From an archaeon (GTDB lineage: Archaea; Nanobdellota; Nanobdellia; Pacearchaeales; GW2011-AR1), in contig JBDRNU010000006.1 of the NCBI GenBank assembly GCA_043810775.1, positions 1-33,239 of the forward strand: a DNA stretch of 33,239 nucleotides, read 5' to 3'. The notes below the pieces were generated by a model, which searched no databases, was not told the DNA's origin, and was given only the letters and a program-made list of their open reading frames with translations. The translations under genes and the position numbers were made by a program. Every line of letters starts with the position of its first letter. Positions within the stretch are counted from its first letter, which is position 1. This document shows positions 9,277 through 17,658 of this stretch, one piece after another.

Positions 9277-10132
9277 CTCTAGGAATATCACTTTCTACAA
9301 ATTCAGATATATCTAAATTTAAGATAGCACCTAGAGCTGGAATAATCTCTCCCTTGTCAACACACTCAATAAACATTCCATCTGCACATAAATTTAAATA
9401 CTCATCTCTTGAAAGTCCAAACATATCTAACTGGTCTTTTACCTCTTGAAACTTTTCTCTTAAGTATTCTCCCATTTCATCTTTCCTGTAATTTATAGGA
9501 TATACTAAATTATTATCTCCAGATATTTTTCGTTTTTCTATAGCTTCTTTTAAAAATTTAGAAATAGAACTTCTAATTTTCTTCTTCTTGTCAAAAAAAT
9601 CAGGAATATCACTAAGTGAAAAAACTTTTATTCTCTCTATGCCTTTTCTGCTAAATTTATCTCTTATGCTCTCTTCATCAGTTTCTCCAGGAACATAACC
9701 TAAAGCTATCATTCCTGTTGTAAATATATCCTCAATGCCATAGTTTTCTCTTAAATTCTCTTTGCAAAATTCATATAATAATATTAATTTATTTGAAATT
9801 CTGTTTTTAAGTGAGTCTCTGTAATGCCCTTGTTTTAATATTTCACCTTTTTCTCTTACATTTTCTTCAAGATTAGCTATAAGACTATTTATCTTGTAGC
9901 CCAAACTACTATATATTCCAACATACCTTTCTTCAACAGCCAGTCTATTAGAGTCATTAATATCAAGTCTTTTTTCTTCAACAAATTTTGGAAGCTCAAC
10001 TAAATCTCCAAGTCTCCATACTCCCATGAAGTCAGCAGTTCTCACAGCCTCAAATGGCCCAAATGCATACTCAAATCTCCCCCTTTCTTCAAATGGTCCA
10101 AATGTTTCTCCTAATCTATCTTGTTCTTCCAT
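9266..10132 (-). CDS. Hypothetical protein, paralog of 25573-26439
   Basis: 288-aa ORF; shared motifs GIY, IALGY, ERIKVF---IPDF, FGLSR-EY--L. Confidence 0.75.
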   Translation of the reverse strand: MEEQDRLGETFGPFEERGRFEYAFGPFEAVRTADFMGVWRLGDLVELPKFVEEKRLDINDSNRLAVEERYVGIYSSLGYKINSLIANLEENVREKGEILKQGHYRDSLKNRISNKLILLYEFCKENLRENYGIEDIFTTGMIALGYVPGETDEESIRDKFSRKGIERIKVFSLSDIPDFFDKKKKIRSSISKFLKEAIEKRKISGDNNLVYPINYRKDEMGEYLREKFQEVKDQLDMFGLSRDEYLNLCADGMFIECVDKGEIIPALGAILNLDISEFVESDIPRGEF

Positions 10133-10154
10133 TGGAGGAATTATAGAGTCAGGG

Positions 10155-10178
10155 TTTAAAAAGCTTGCTAAAACTCGC
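10155..10178. repeat. 24-bp direct repeat, copy 2
   Basis: Identical to 9253-9276. Confidence 0.9.
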
Positions 10179-10431
10179 TTAATACAGAATTAATAATACC
10201 TATGGGCCACTTTTTTTCAATCAGTTTTGCTCGTAGCTCTTCTTTGCTTGTCCCTCTTTTTAAGGCAGTTTCAACATGTGGCTTTAAAATCATCTTGTAC
10301 TTATCAGTTCTTATATTATAAATATCTTTTGCTCTCTTCCTGTATCTAGATAACTCTACTAACAGCCATGTTATTGTAAATACAATTATAAAAAGCCAAA
10401 AAAACCAGAACCAATACCCAAACAAATCCAT
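10168..10431 (-). CDS. Small single-pass membrane protein
   Basis: Aromatic-rich N-terminal TM helix, basic stretch, C-terminal helical module shared with the neighbouring ORF. Confidence 0.7.
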   Translation of the reverse strand: MDLFGYWFWFFWLFIIVFTITWLLVELSRYRKRAKDIYNIRTDKYKMILKPHVETALKRGTSKEELRAKLIEKKWPIGIINSVLSEF

Positions 10432-10489
10432 GCCAACCTCTTACTAATCTTTAAGCCGAATAACTATAAAAAACTATCTTCTTAGAACT

Positions 10490-11059
10490 CTAGCTTCCAA
10501 CAACATTTTCCAAACCCTCTAAATTCCTGTAAACTACATCTAAAATAAGATTATATTCTTCTTTTTGAGAAATAGAATATATCCCAGCTCCGGTTAATCC
10601 ATTCCCCCTAACTTGTTCATATCTATTCTTAAATTCATTTACACTCCCATAATGTTCAGTAAAAAACTCATTATTTGCATTTTGGTAACTTATTGAAAAA
10701 ACAATCCAATTTTCGTTTTTTCTAGCTTCTTGAATCTTACTTCTTGTTTCTTGGCGTGTTTCTGCATCTTTTTCTGAGACTGATTTACTTGGAGCAGCTG
10801 CTGAAACTTGACGAGTTTTTGAGGGATTAGTATATGAAATTTGCGTAGAAATCTTTGTTTTAGGCGTATAATCTGCTAATACTCCTTCTATAATTTCAGG
10901 ATGTACTTTCTTTGATTTGAGAAATGCTCTAATTTGGTCTGGATTTTTCCCATCTTTTATAGCTTTGTCTACTTTAGGTTTTAGCGCTAAAATAGATTTT
11001 TCTCTAGTATATTCTTCGCTATTTTTTTGTCCAGTTTCATTTCTTTTAAAAGGCCACAT
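10490..11059 (-). CDS. Hypothetical protein
   Basis: 189-aa ORF; N-terminal helical module, S/T/A-rich linker; TATA-like element at 11081-11094. Confidence 0.7.
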   Translation of the reverse strand: MWPFKRNETGQKNSEEYTREKSILALKPKVDKAIKDGKNPDQIRAFLKSKKVHPEIIEGVLADYTPKTKISTQISYTNPSKTRQVSAAAPSKSVSEKDAETRQETRSKIQEARKNENWIVFSISYQNANNEFFTEHYGSVNEFKNRYEQVRGNGLTGAGIYSISQKEEYNLILDVVYRNLEGLENVVGS

Positions 11060-11313
11060 TTTAAACTTTATATCTTAACCTTTTAAAAAGCTTTACATAG
11101 CTTTATAAATTCCAAATCTGCCAGATATTTATGTCAATTAAATACAAATTATGATTACTATCTAGCAAGAACAGCTTATTCTCTAGTTATGTCTGTTAAA
11201 AGGATAGATAAAGTTGATCAAACAGAGCATACCGACAAGTTAAGAAATAATCTTTCTTCAGAAAAAAATCCTCAGCCTAGAGAAAGTTCAGAAAGCATAA
11301 TTGACTTTTTAGC

Positions 11314-11664
11314 TTAGGTAAAAACTGCAGTCAGCCCCTCTTTTTGCCTAGAATCACCGAGCCTTATTAATTCACTATGTCTATCAAGCATTCTGTTAAA
11401 TTCAGCTCTGTCTCTTTTGCTGCTATCTTCTTCTGTCCAGGGCATGCAATTAAGTACAAATCCAAAATACTTTGCCACTAAATTAGATGAGATATTTCCT
11501 TGCAAGATAAAATTTCTTTCTTCTGTTGCTAAATCCCTCCGCATATCTCCAAGAATTCCAGCTACTCCTATTTCAGGCTTTCTCGGGCAATAACTACATT
11601 TTAGCTCATCGCCATAAATAGGGCAGACACCAGTTTCTTCTTCATCAACTAAATCAACAGTCAT
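11314..11664 (-). CDS. Hypothetical protein with Cys motif (CP---CxxC)
   Basis: 116-aa ATG ORF divergent from the recombinase. Confidence 0.6.
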   Translation of the reverse strand: MTVDLVDEEETGVCPIYGDELKCSYCPRKPEIGVAGILGDMRRDLATEERNFILQGNISSNLVAKYFGFVLNCMPWTEEDSSKRDRAEFNRMLDRHSELIRLGDSRQKEGLTAVFT

Positions 11665-11753
11665 GTGGCCTCTTTTTACTTGTTAATAAGGGTTTTTTAG
11701 CTTTTTATATTTTGTGGAATCTCAAAGTTTATAAACAAGTTCGTTTTAATTTT

Positions 11754-12569
11754 ATGATGAACAAAGAGGAAGCAATTGAAAAGCTTAAAACCGAGCTAAA
11801 ACTAAAGGGGTTTTCACCGCTAACTGTAAAAAATTATTCTTATTTTATTGAGAAGTTTCTTTCCAGTTCTTCAAAATCTATAGAAGAGCTTAATGAAGAA
11901 GATGCAAAATCCTATCTAGCTTCTTTAATTGATAGCAAGTCACGTGCAACTCTTTCTCTAGTAGCCTCTTCAATTAGATTTTTTTATAATTTATTAGGAA
12001 AACAAATAGGGCAGATTGTCTTGCCCAAAAAAGAAAAAAAGCTTCCAGTAGTCCTTACTAGAGAAGAAGTTAAAAAATTAGTTGAGTCTACTGACACAAG
12101 AAAATCTAAATTAATTTTATCTCTTCTTTATTCATCTGGATTGAGAGTATCTGAGCTAGTTAATTTGAAAAAAGAAGATATTGATTTTGGCGAGAATTTA
12201 GGGTGGGTGAGAAAAGGAAAAGGGGGGAAAGATAGGTTATTTTCAATCTCTGAAACTCTAGTTAAGGAAATTAAAAATTATATTTCAGTAATTCCTGAAA
12301 ATACCTATTTATTCTCAAAATTAAAACCTCTAACTACTCGCAATATACAAAAAATAATCCAGAGCACTTCAAAGAAAGTTCCTATTCATAAAAAAGTAAC
12401 ACCTCATACTCTAAGGCATAGCTTTGCTACTCATCTCTTGGAGTCAGGAGTAGATATACGAGTTATCCAGACTCTGCTAGGCCACGAAAATCTGCAGACT
12501 ACCCAGATATATACTCATATTTCCCAAGACCAGATTAAGAAAGTCAAAAATCCGTTTGATAGTTTATGA
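11754..12569 (+). CDS. xerA: Tyrosine recombinase, XerA-like
   Basis: GLRVSEL, KGKGGK, HTLRHSFATHLL, LLGH--LQTTQIY; N-terminal SAM-like domain; start moved to ATG 11754. Confidence 0.88.
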   Translation: MMNKEEAIEKLKTELKLKGFSPLTVKNYSYFIEKFLSSSSKSIEELNEEDAKSYLASLIDSKSRATLSLVASSIRFFYNLLGKQIGQIVLPKKEKKLPVVLTREEVKKLVESTDTRKSKLILSLLYSSGLRVSELVNLKKEDIDFGENLGWVRKGKGGKDRLFSISETLVKEIKNYISVIPENTYLFSKLKPLTTRNIQKIIQSTSKKVPIHKKVTPHTLRHSFATHLLESGVDIRVIQTLLGHENLQTTQIYTHISQDQIKKVKNPFDSL

Positions 12570-12812
12570 ATTCATCTCTTCATCTGTTTCTGCTGCTGCT
12601 TTTTGCATGTGAAATATTTATATTAATGCAGGACTAGGAATTTGGATTTCAACCTTATCCATGTTTTCTCTGCCAATTAGTTCCTCAGCTAGCCTTTCAA
12701 CTACACTTGCCCTTGCAAGATAACTTCTGAAAATACTTCCCTCATTTAAATAAACATAATTAGTATTATCTTTAGGAACAGGCCGAGTATCTGATAAAGT
12801 GTATCTTTCATG

Positions 12813-13727
12813 TCATAATTTCTCCAGCCCCTGGCTAAAATAAGAACTCTTCAATCTCTCCACTCCCCTTCCAACCTCATGATATTTTTTGATGGCTTCC
12901 ATCGCGCCGTCAAGATCTTCAAATATATTCTCAAAAAGTCTGTACTCTCTACCATCTTCTTTTGAGTTAGTAACTACACTACCATTTGGCCTGATAATTA
13001 TACAGTATCCTCCTGTTTCACTTGTTGCAAGCTCTGTTAAATTAATCTTCCCTTCATATCTTTTTCTAGTTTTTTGAACTGCCTTTTTAAAAACATTTTC
13101 TGTAATTCTTAATTCTTGCCATAGAGGATTATTTTGCTCTGCGCCAAACGCAGTTGCCTGGTATAATTTCCATACATCTTTTTCAGGATATCTTCTCTGC
13201 ATTCCACACCCCAATAAAAGTTCTCCAATATCAGGAATATCTTCTATATTTAGTGAAGATACAACACTTCCAACTTTTAAAGGAAGGTCTAAATGTTCAT
13301 TATTTAAATAAGCAATCCATTTTAGTGCACTTCTGTGGCATTCCTCTCCTCTGAGTTCTCTGCTATTTTCTTCACTTGAACTATCTAATGGAATTGATAT
13401 TGTGCTTAAGAAAGGTTTAATTCTGCTAAAATATTTAGGTAAATTAAGGGTATTAGTCAGCAAATTAACATTCAATTCTAAAGAACTTTTAGTTTCAATT
13501 ATAAAATCATCAATACCCTCAACTAGTAATGGTTCTCCCCCTGATAATGCTACACCTGTTAAACCAAAAAGTTCTTTCAAATCTTTCAGTAAATGTAACC
13601 ATTTAGAAAGGCTATATTCTTGTTTCATATAATGTGGTGTACCCCAGCATGTAGGACATTGAAGATTGCACTCTCCTGAAATTTCAAGATCTATCATTGG
13701 TAGAATCTTATTATTAGGATAATTCAT
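12813..13727 (-). CDS. Radical SAM protein (viperin-like features)
   Basis: CNLQCPTC CxxxCxxC motif, SGGEPLL, SIPLDS, WKLYQ; no SPASM cysteine cluster. Confidence 0.85.
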   Translation of the reverse strand: MNYPNNKILPMIDLEISGECNLQCPTCWGTPHYMKQEYSLSKWLHLLKDLKELFGLTGVALSGGEPLLVEGIDDFIIETKSSLELNVNLLTNTLNLPKYFSRIKPFLSTISIPLDSSSEENSRELRGEECHRSALKWIAYLNNEHLDLPLKVGSVVSSLNIEDIPDIGELLLGCGMQRRYPEKDVWKLYQATAFGAEQNNPLWQELRITENVFKKAVQKTRKRYEGKINLTELATSETGGYCIIIRPNGSVVTNSKEDGREYRLFENIFEDLDGAMEAIKKYHEVGRGVERLKSSYFSQGLEKL

Positions 13728-13786
13728 AATCTTCTGTAAGTATATTATTTTTTAATATTAATTATTCTAGAAAACATATATAGAAT

Positions 13787-14110
13787 TTAAGAATCACTAA
13801 AAGTTCCTTGTTCAACATCTAATTTTCTAGCAAAATCCTTAATTTCAGGCACTCTCACCACTACTTTTGAACCAATCTTCTTTTCCATTATAGCTTCAAG
13901 GAAGTCCTGGAGTCTATTTTGAGCTACCAGATAGTTTAATTCATCTGCTTCTTGACTTTTAAAATAAGTGTAATCAACCCCATGAAAAAATTTACTATTT
14001 AGTATTTCTCTATGGTTTGGTTTTATTTCCTGCAAGTTAACACTAATTAAATAATATGCTCTGGGTAATTCACTGTCCATATATGTATCACTAGTGTCAA
14101 ATTTTTTCAT
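13787..14110 (-). CDS. Hypothetical protein
   Basis: 107-aa ATG ORF directly downstream of rps9. Confidence 0.6.
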   Translation of the reverse strand: MKKFDTSDTYMDSELPRAYYLISVNLQEIKPNHREILNSKFFHGVDYTYFKSQEADELNYLVAQNRLQDFLEAIMEKKIGSKVVVRVPEIKDFARKLDVEQGTFSDS

Positions 14111-14126
14111 GCTGGATTAGAAAAAT

Positions 14127-14546
14127 TTATCTATAACTCTTCTGCCTTCTTGCCCTTGCCTTGCTGTCTCCTGGTTTGCAAGGCTCTTTTCTTCGAGTAT
14201 CTGCAACTAGCAAGTTCCTGTCATAAGCTAAGAAGGCTTTCTTCAACTCTGCTGATTTTGAAGCTTCTACCAATGCTCTTGCAATTGCAAGTCTGGCAGC
14301 TTCAATCTGGCTCTCATTGCCTCCACCTTTAACCTTTACAGAAATATCATACTTTAGACCCTTTAAAACATCTTTAGCTATTCTTAATGGCTCTTCAATT
14401 TCAAGCCTTTTCGTAAAATCAAGATGTTCATAAGATTTTTTATTTATTGTAACTTTCCCATCCCCTTCCTTAATCATAGCTTTAGCTACAGCAGCTTTTT
14501 TCTTGCCTGAAACAATTATTCCTTTTAAAGCCATTTTATTTCCCAC
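14127..14546 (-). CDS. rps9: 30S ribosomal protein uS9
   Basis: GKKK-AVA, VKGGG---Q, YDRNLLVAD-RRKEP-KPG, RQKSYR; the start could be the second Met (14534). Confidence 0.97.
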   Translation of the reverse strand: MGNKMALKGIIVSGKKKAAVAKAMIKEGDGKVTINKKSYEHLDFTKRLEIEEPLRIAKDVLKGLKYDISVKVKGGGNESQIEAARLAIARALVEASKSAELKKAFLAYDRNLLVADTRRKEPCKPGDSKARARRQKSYR

Positions 14547-14940
14547 CTTTTAATAATTTTGTAAGCTCTCTTAAAGTCATCCCTTTATTTTTCCTTCCTG
14601 ATTTAATTTTTTTTGAATCCTTATACTCTTCAGGAATCTTGTTATAGCATCTTATTCTATCAAATGCTTCGCTTCCCCTTCCTTTTTTGTGTGAAAGCAT
14701 CCCTCTGATAGTCCTTTTTAATATTCTTTCAGGAGTTCTTATTATCTTAGGCCCTTTTTGACTGCTTCCTCCTTTTTTTACCAGAATTGAATATTTTTCA
14801 AGTATATTTTCTTTTGTTCCAGTAATTATTACTTTTTCAGAATTTACAACAGCAATCTCTTTTCCAAGCAATGCCTGTTTGGCTATAAAGCTTGACAATC
14901 TCCCCAAGGTTGCATTCTCCCCATCAATTATAAGCTTCAT
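14536..14940 (-). CDS. rpl13: 50S ribosomal protein uL13
   Basis: IIDGENATLGRLSS, VVNSEKVIITG, RTIRGML. Confidence 0.97.
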   Translation of the reverse strand: MKLIIDGENATLGRLSSFIAKQALLGKEIAVVNSEKVIITGTKENILEKYSILVKKGGSSQKGPKIIRTPERILKRTIRGMLSHKKGRGSEAFDRIRCYNKIPEEYKDSKKIKSGRKNKGMTLRELTKLLKGGK

Positions 14941-15308
14941 CTTAGTATTTTCACTCCCTGAAATTTAGGATTTACTTTAAACTCTTCTAAAATATTAACT
15001 ATTTCACACTTTTTATCTTTTAACTTTACAATTGCACTGGCTGAAAAATACAATGCAACTGCCCTTATTTTTTTAGTAACTTCCCCTTGCCCAAGAATTT
15101 TTCCAGGAACAAGAATAGTATCTCCTTCTTTAGTGTTTCTGTCTATCTGATCTAGGTTTAGGCTAGCTTGTTTTCTAGTAGGTCCAGAAATCATATTCGC
15201 AACTTGAGTCCAGAAATCATTTTTCTTGAGTTTCAAAATAGTTTCAACTAACTCTGGAGATGTTTTCTTTTCCAATTTCCTGTCAATTTTAGTTTTACTT
15301 GCTTTCAT
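14937..15308 (-). CDS. rpl18e: 50S ribosomal protein eL18
   Basis: W--VA--I, LNL-QI, VPGKILGQG; conserved operon position. Confidence 0.95.
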   Translation of the reverse strand: MKASKTKIDRKLEKKTSPELVETILKLKKNDFWTQVANMISGPTRKQASLNLDQIDRNTKEGDTILVPGKILGQGEVTKKIRAVALYFSASAIVKLKDKKCEIVNILEEFKVNPKFQGVKILR

Positions 15309-15348
15309 TTTAAATTATAAAGTTTAATTTGAGCGCATCTCCCCAAGA

Positions 15349-15446
15349 TGCGGGAAGAAGGATTCGAACCTTCGCAGGCACTAAGCCATATGGTTTCTAT
15401 CTTTATGACCTTAGCCATACCCGTTTGACCGCTCCGGCATTCCCGC
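15349..15446 (-). tRNA. tRNA-Leu, anticodon AAG, 14-nt intron at 37/38 (15395-15408)
   Basis: GCGGGAA/TTCCCGC acceptor stem, A73, long variable arm, TTCGAAT T-loop, anticodon stem TATGG/CCATA enclosing CTAAGG-TCATAAAGATAGAA-A; spliced length 84 nt equals the tRNA-Leu(CAA) in this window. Confidence 0.88.
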
Positions 15447-15480
15447 TTAAAATTACGAGAATACTACTCTATTAAAATTT

Positions 15481-16236
15481 TTACTTTTTAAAGACTTTAA
15501 GATTATCCTTCAAACTATCAATAGCCTTGGTAAAAACTTCCTTAGCCTCTAGCTGTCCCCAGGATTCAACAAAAAATATAATATCCTTACCAGGTTTAAC
15601 TTTAATCGCATTTTTCCCATGATTCTTGCAAGTTTCCACACAAGCCTCACACAAATCACATTTCCATAGTTCTTTATTATCAATTACAGCTTTTTTATCA
15701 ACTTTAATCAAACTATAAGGGCATACTTCAATGCATTTTTTGCATGCATCACAATCTTTGTTTATCTCAATTTCAGCTAGATTTCTGTAATAAATTAATC
15801 CTGGAGAATACTTTGTATGATTTATTCCTTTTCCAAGAGTAGCAGTTGCAACTAATTCTAACTCCTGCCCTTCAGCAAGGATAACTATTGGCATCTTATC
15901 ATAAACTACCTTAGCTTTTCCCTTCAAATCACCTGAAAAAACACTGATTTTTCCCTTAGTTGATATTTTCAACTGGACACTGCATTTGGCACAGCCCTTA
16001 CCCTTACAAGTGCATTTATCCTGCTCTGTAAAAGTTTTATCAGTTACTAAAGGTATTAATCCAAGCCTATGGGCAATTATTTCATCATAAAGTGCTGAGT
16101 CATTTTTATAAATTTCAACTTCATTAACAGCAAGAATAGGTATTTCAAGGGCAGAACGTCTTATAGCATTAGCTAATGATTCATCCATCTCATCTTCAAT
16201 TATCATTTTTTCTTTGCTTTTTTGTAAGATTTTCAT
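15481..16236 (-). CDS. rpoD: Archaeal RNA polymerase subunit D (Rpo3) with ferredoxin-like Fe-S domain
   Basis: ANAIRR, NDSALYDEIIAHRLGLIPL, CDACKKCIEVCP and CDLCEACVETC, VESWGQL. Archaeal rpoD, not a sigma factor. Confidence 0.96.
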   Translation of the reverse strand: MKILQKSKEKMIIEDEMDESLANAIRRSALEIPILAVNEVEIYKNDSALYDEIIAHRLGLIPLVTDKTFTEQDKCTCKGKGCAKCSVQLKISTKGKISVFSGDLKGKAKVVYDKMPIVILAEGQELELVATATLGKGINHTKYSPGLIYYRNLAEIEINKDCDACKKCIEVCPYSLIKVDKKAVIDNKELWKCDLCEACVETCKNHGKNAIKVKPGKDIIFFVESWGQLEAKEVFTKAIDSLKDNLKVFKK

Positions 16237-16268
16237 TTTTATCTAGATTAGTTAATTTTTTTTATTTT

Positions 16269-16661
16269 TTAAACCCTTCTACCCCTCTTGCCACCCTTCT
16301 TCTTAGGGCCTCCTCTTGCCACACTAGTAGTATCAACTATACTAATTACCCTAAGCCCCTCTCTACCCAAGCTTTTAATTGCAGCATGAGCTCCAGGGCC
16401 AGGTGCAGAGCTTCCAGTCTTAGCCTTTATCCTTACATAAAGATTTTTTATTCCAGAATCTTTGGCGACTTCTGCAGCTTTTTTTGCCACAAACATTGCA
16501 ACAGTTGGATTTGCCTTTAATCTATCATGTTTTGTAATCTGGCCTCCTGAAATTCTTGAGATTGTATTTCCTGCTAAGTCTGTTATATGTACAATTGTAT
16601 TATTAAATGAAGTAAAGATATAAGCTACTCCAGTTTCTTCACTTTTGCTTTTTTCCGCCAT
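16269..16661 (-). CDS. rps11: 30S ribosomal protein uS11
   Basis: SFNNTIVHITD, PGPGA-AAI, GGKRGRRV. Confidence 0.97.
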   Translation of the reverse strand: MAEKSKSEETGVAYIFTSFNNTIVHITDLAGNTISRISGGQITKHDRLKANPTVAMFVAKKAAEVAKDSGIKNLYVRIKAKTGSSAPGPGAHAAIKSLGREGLRVISIVDTTSVARGGPKKKGGKRGRRV

Positions 16662-17130
16662 TTTTATTTGCTACGTTTATTTTTCTCAAAACATTAATTT
16701 TATCTTCTTCAACAACCTTTACTATATATCCTGGAATATTTACCACATTACCATTTATCTTAACATTTTTATGAACTATTAACTGCCTTGCTTCTCTTGG
16801 AGTCTTTGCCATTTTTTTGGAAACAAGCACGCTTTGCAGTCTTCTTTTCAACCAACTTTCTTTATCAAGGCTTAAAACATCTGAAATTTTTTCAACCTTT
16901 ATTCCAATTTTATTCAACTTATTGAATATTTTTGCATGCTCTTTCTCACTAGCAGTGATAGATTCTTTTGCTCGCCTTCTAATTTTATCAATTTGAGCCT
17001 CAGCCTTCCATATTTCTCTTTTGCTTTTCAACCCATATTTTTTAACTAGAACATTTTCCTCTTCAATCCTAAGTTTATCAAACATTTTCTTAGGTTTGCT
17101 AAATTTTTTCTTTTTTCTTATCCAAGTCAT
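16639..17130 (-). CDS. rps4: 30S ribosomal protein uS4
   Basis: YGLKSKREIWK, RRLQS, ARQLIVH, PGYIV. Confidence 0.97.
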   Translation of the reverse strand: MTWIRKKKKFSKPKKMFDKLRIEEENVLVKKYGLKSKREIWKAEAQIDKIRRRAKESITASEKEHAKIFNKLNKIGIKVEKISDVLSLDKESWLKRRLQSVLVSKKMAKTPREARQLIVHKNVKINGNVVNIPGYIVKVVEEDKINVLRKINVANKNGGKKQK

Positions 17131-17183
17131 TTTAAATCTCCATAAGGAATGTAAAAAGCAGAAAGATTTTCATTTTTCCCATT

Positions 17184-17657
17184 TTATCCTTTCTTTCCTT
17201 TCTTTCCTTTCTTTAATACACCAACAGATTTATTTTTTCTAAAATGAGCTCTTGTGCTCTGTCCTCTTACAGGCTGTCCAGTAGCATGTCTTAACCCTCT
17301 GTAACTTCTAATTTTCTTCAACCTCTTTATATCAAACTCTTTTCTCAATTCCAAGTCAGATGTGCTTAAGTGCAGGTTGCTTCCTTCATCGAGATCTTTT
17401 CTCCTGTTCAATAAATGAGCAGGCAGTTTTGGTTTTTTGATAAAATCAGAAATATTTTTTATATCCTCTGGGCTTAATTCATAAACTTTTTTGTTTTTAT
17501 CTATCTTTAGAGAGTTGCATAAGGCATTGGAAAAACTCCATGAAACACCCTTTATTTTAGTAAGCCCTGCGTAAATATTTTTATCACTTGGAATATCAGT
17601 GGAGAGGATTCTAATTAAGTGCACATCCTTTCTGTCTTTTTGTATGGGTTTTTGCAT
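17184..17657 (-). CDS. rps13: 30S ribosomal protein uS13
   Basis: LTKIKGV, LNRRKD, SYRGLRH--GQPVRGQST. Confidence 0.97.
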   Translation of the reverse strand: MQKPIQKDRKDVHLIRILSTDIPSDKNIYAGLTKIKGVSWSFSNALCNSLKIDKNKKVYELSPEDIKNISDFIKKPKLPAHLLNRRKDLDEGSNLHLSTSDLELRKEFDIKRLKKIRSYRGLRHATGQPVRGQSTRAHFRKNKSVGVLKKGKKGKKG

Positions 17658-17658
17658 T

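Noticed and set aside
11081-11094. Third copy of the 24-bp repeat (TTTAAAAAGCTT)
   Set aside because: Only the TATA/BRE part matches, which is a generic promoter motif in this window.
11754-12569. Integron integrase or prophage integrase
   Set aside because: Lacks the integron-specific insertion, no attC-like array or viral genes are visible, and size and motifs fit chromosomal XerA.
12813-12815. Genome-wide UGA recoding or selenocysteine
   Set aside because: TGA is a true stop in several conserved genes here (permeases, L18e, L21e, rpoN) and no SECIS-like element was seen.
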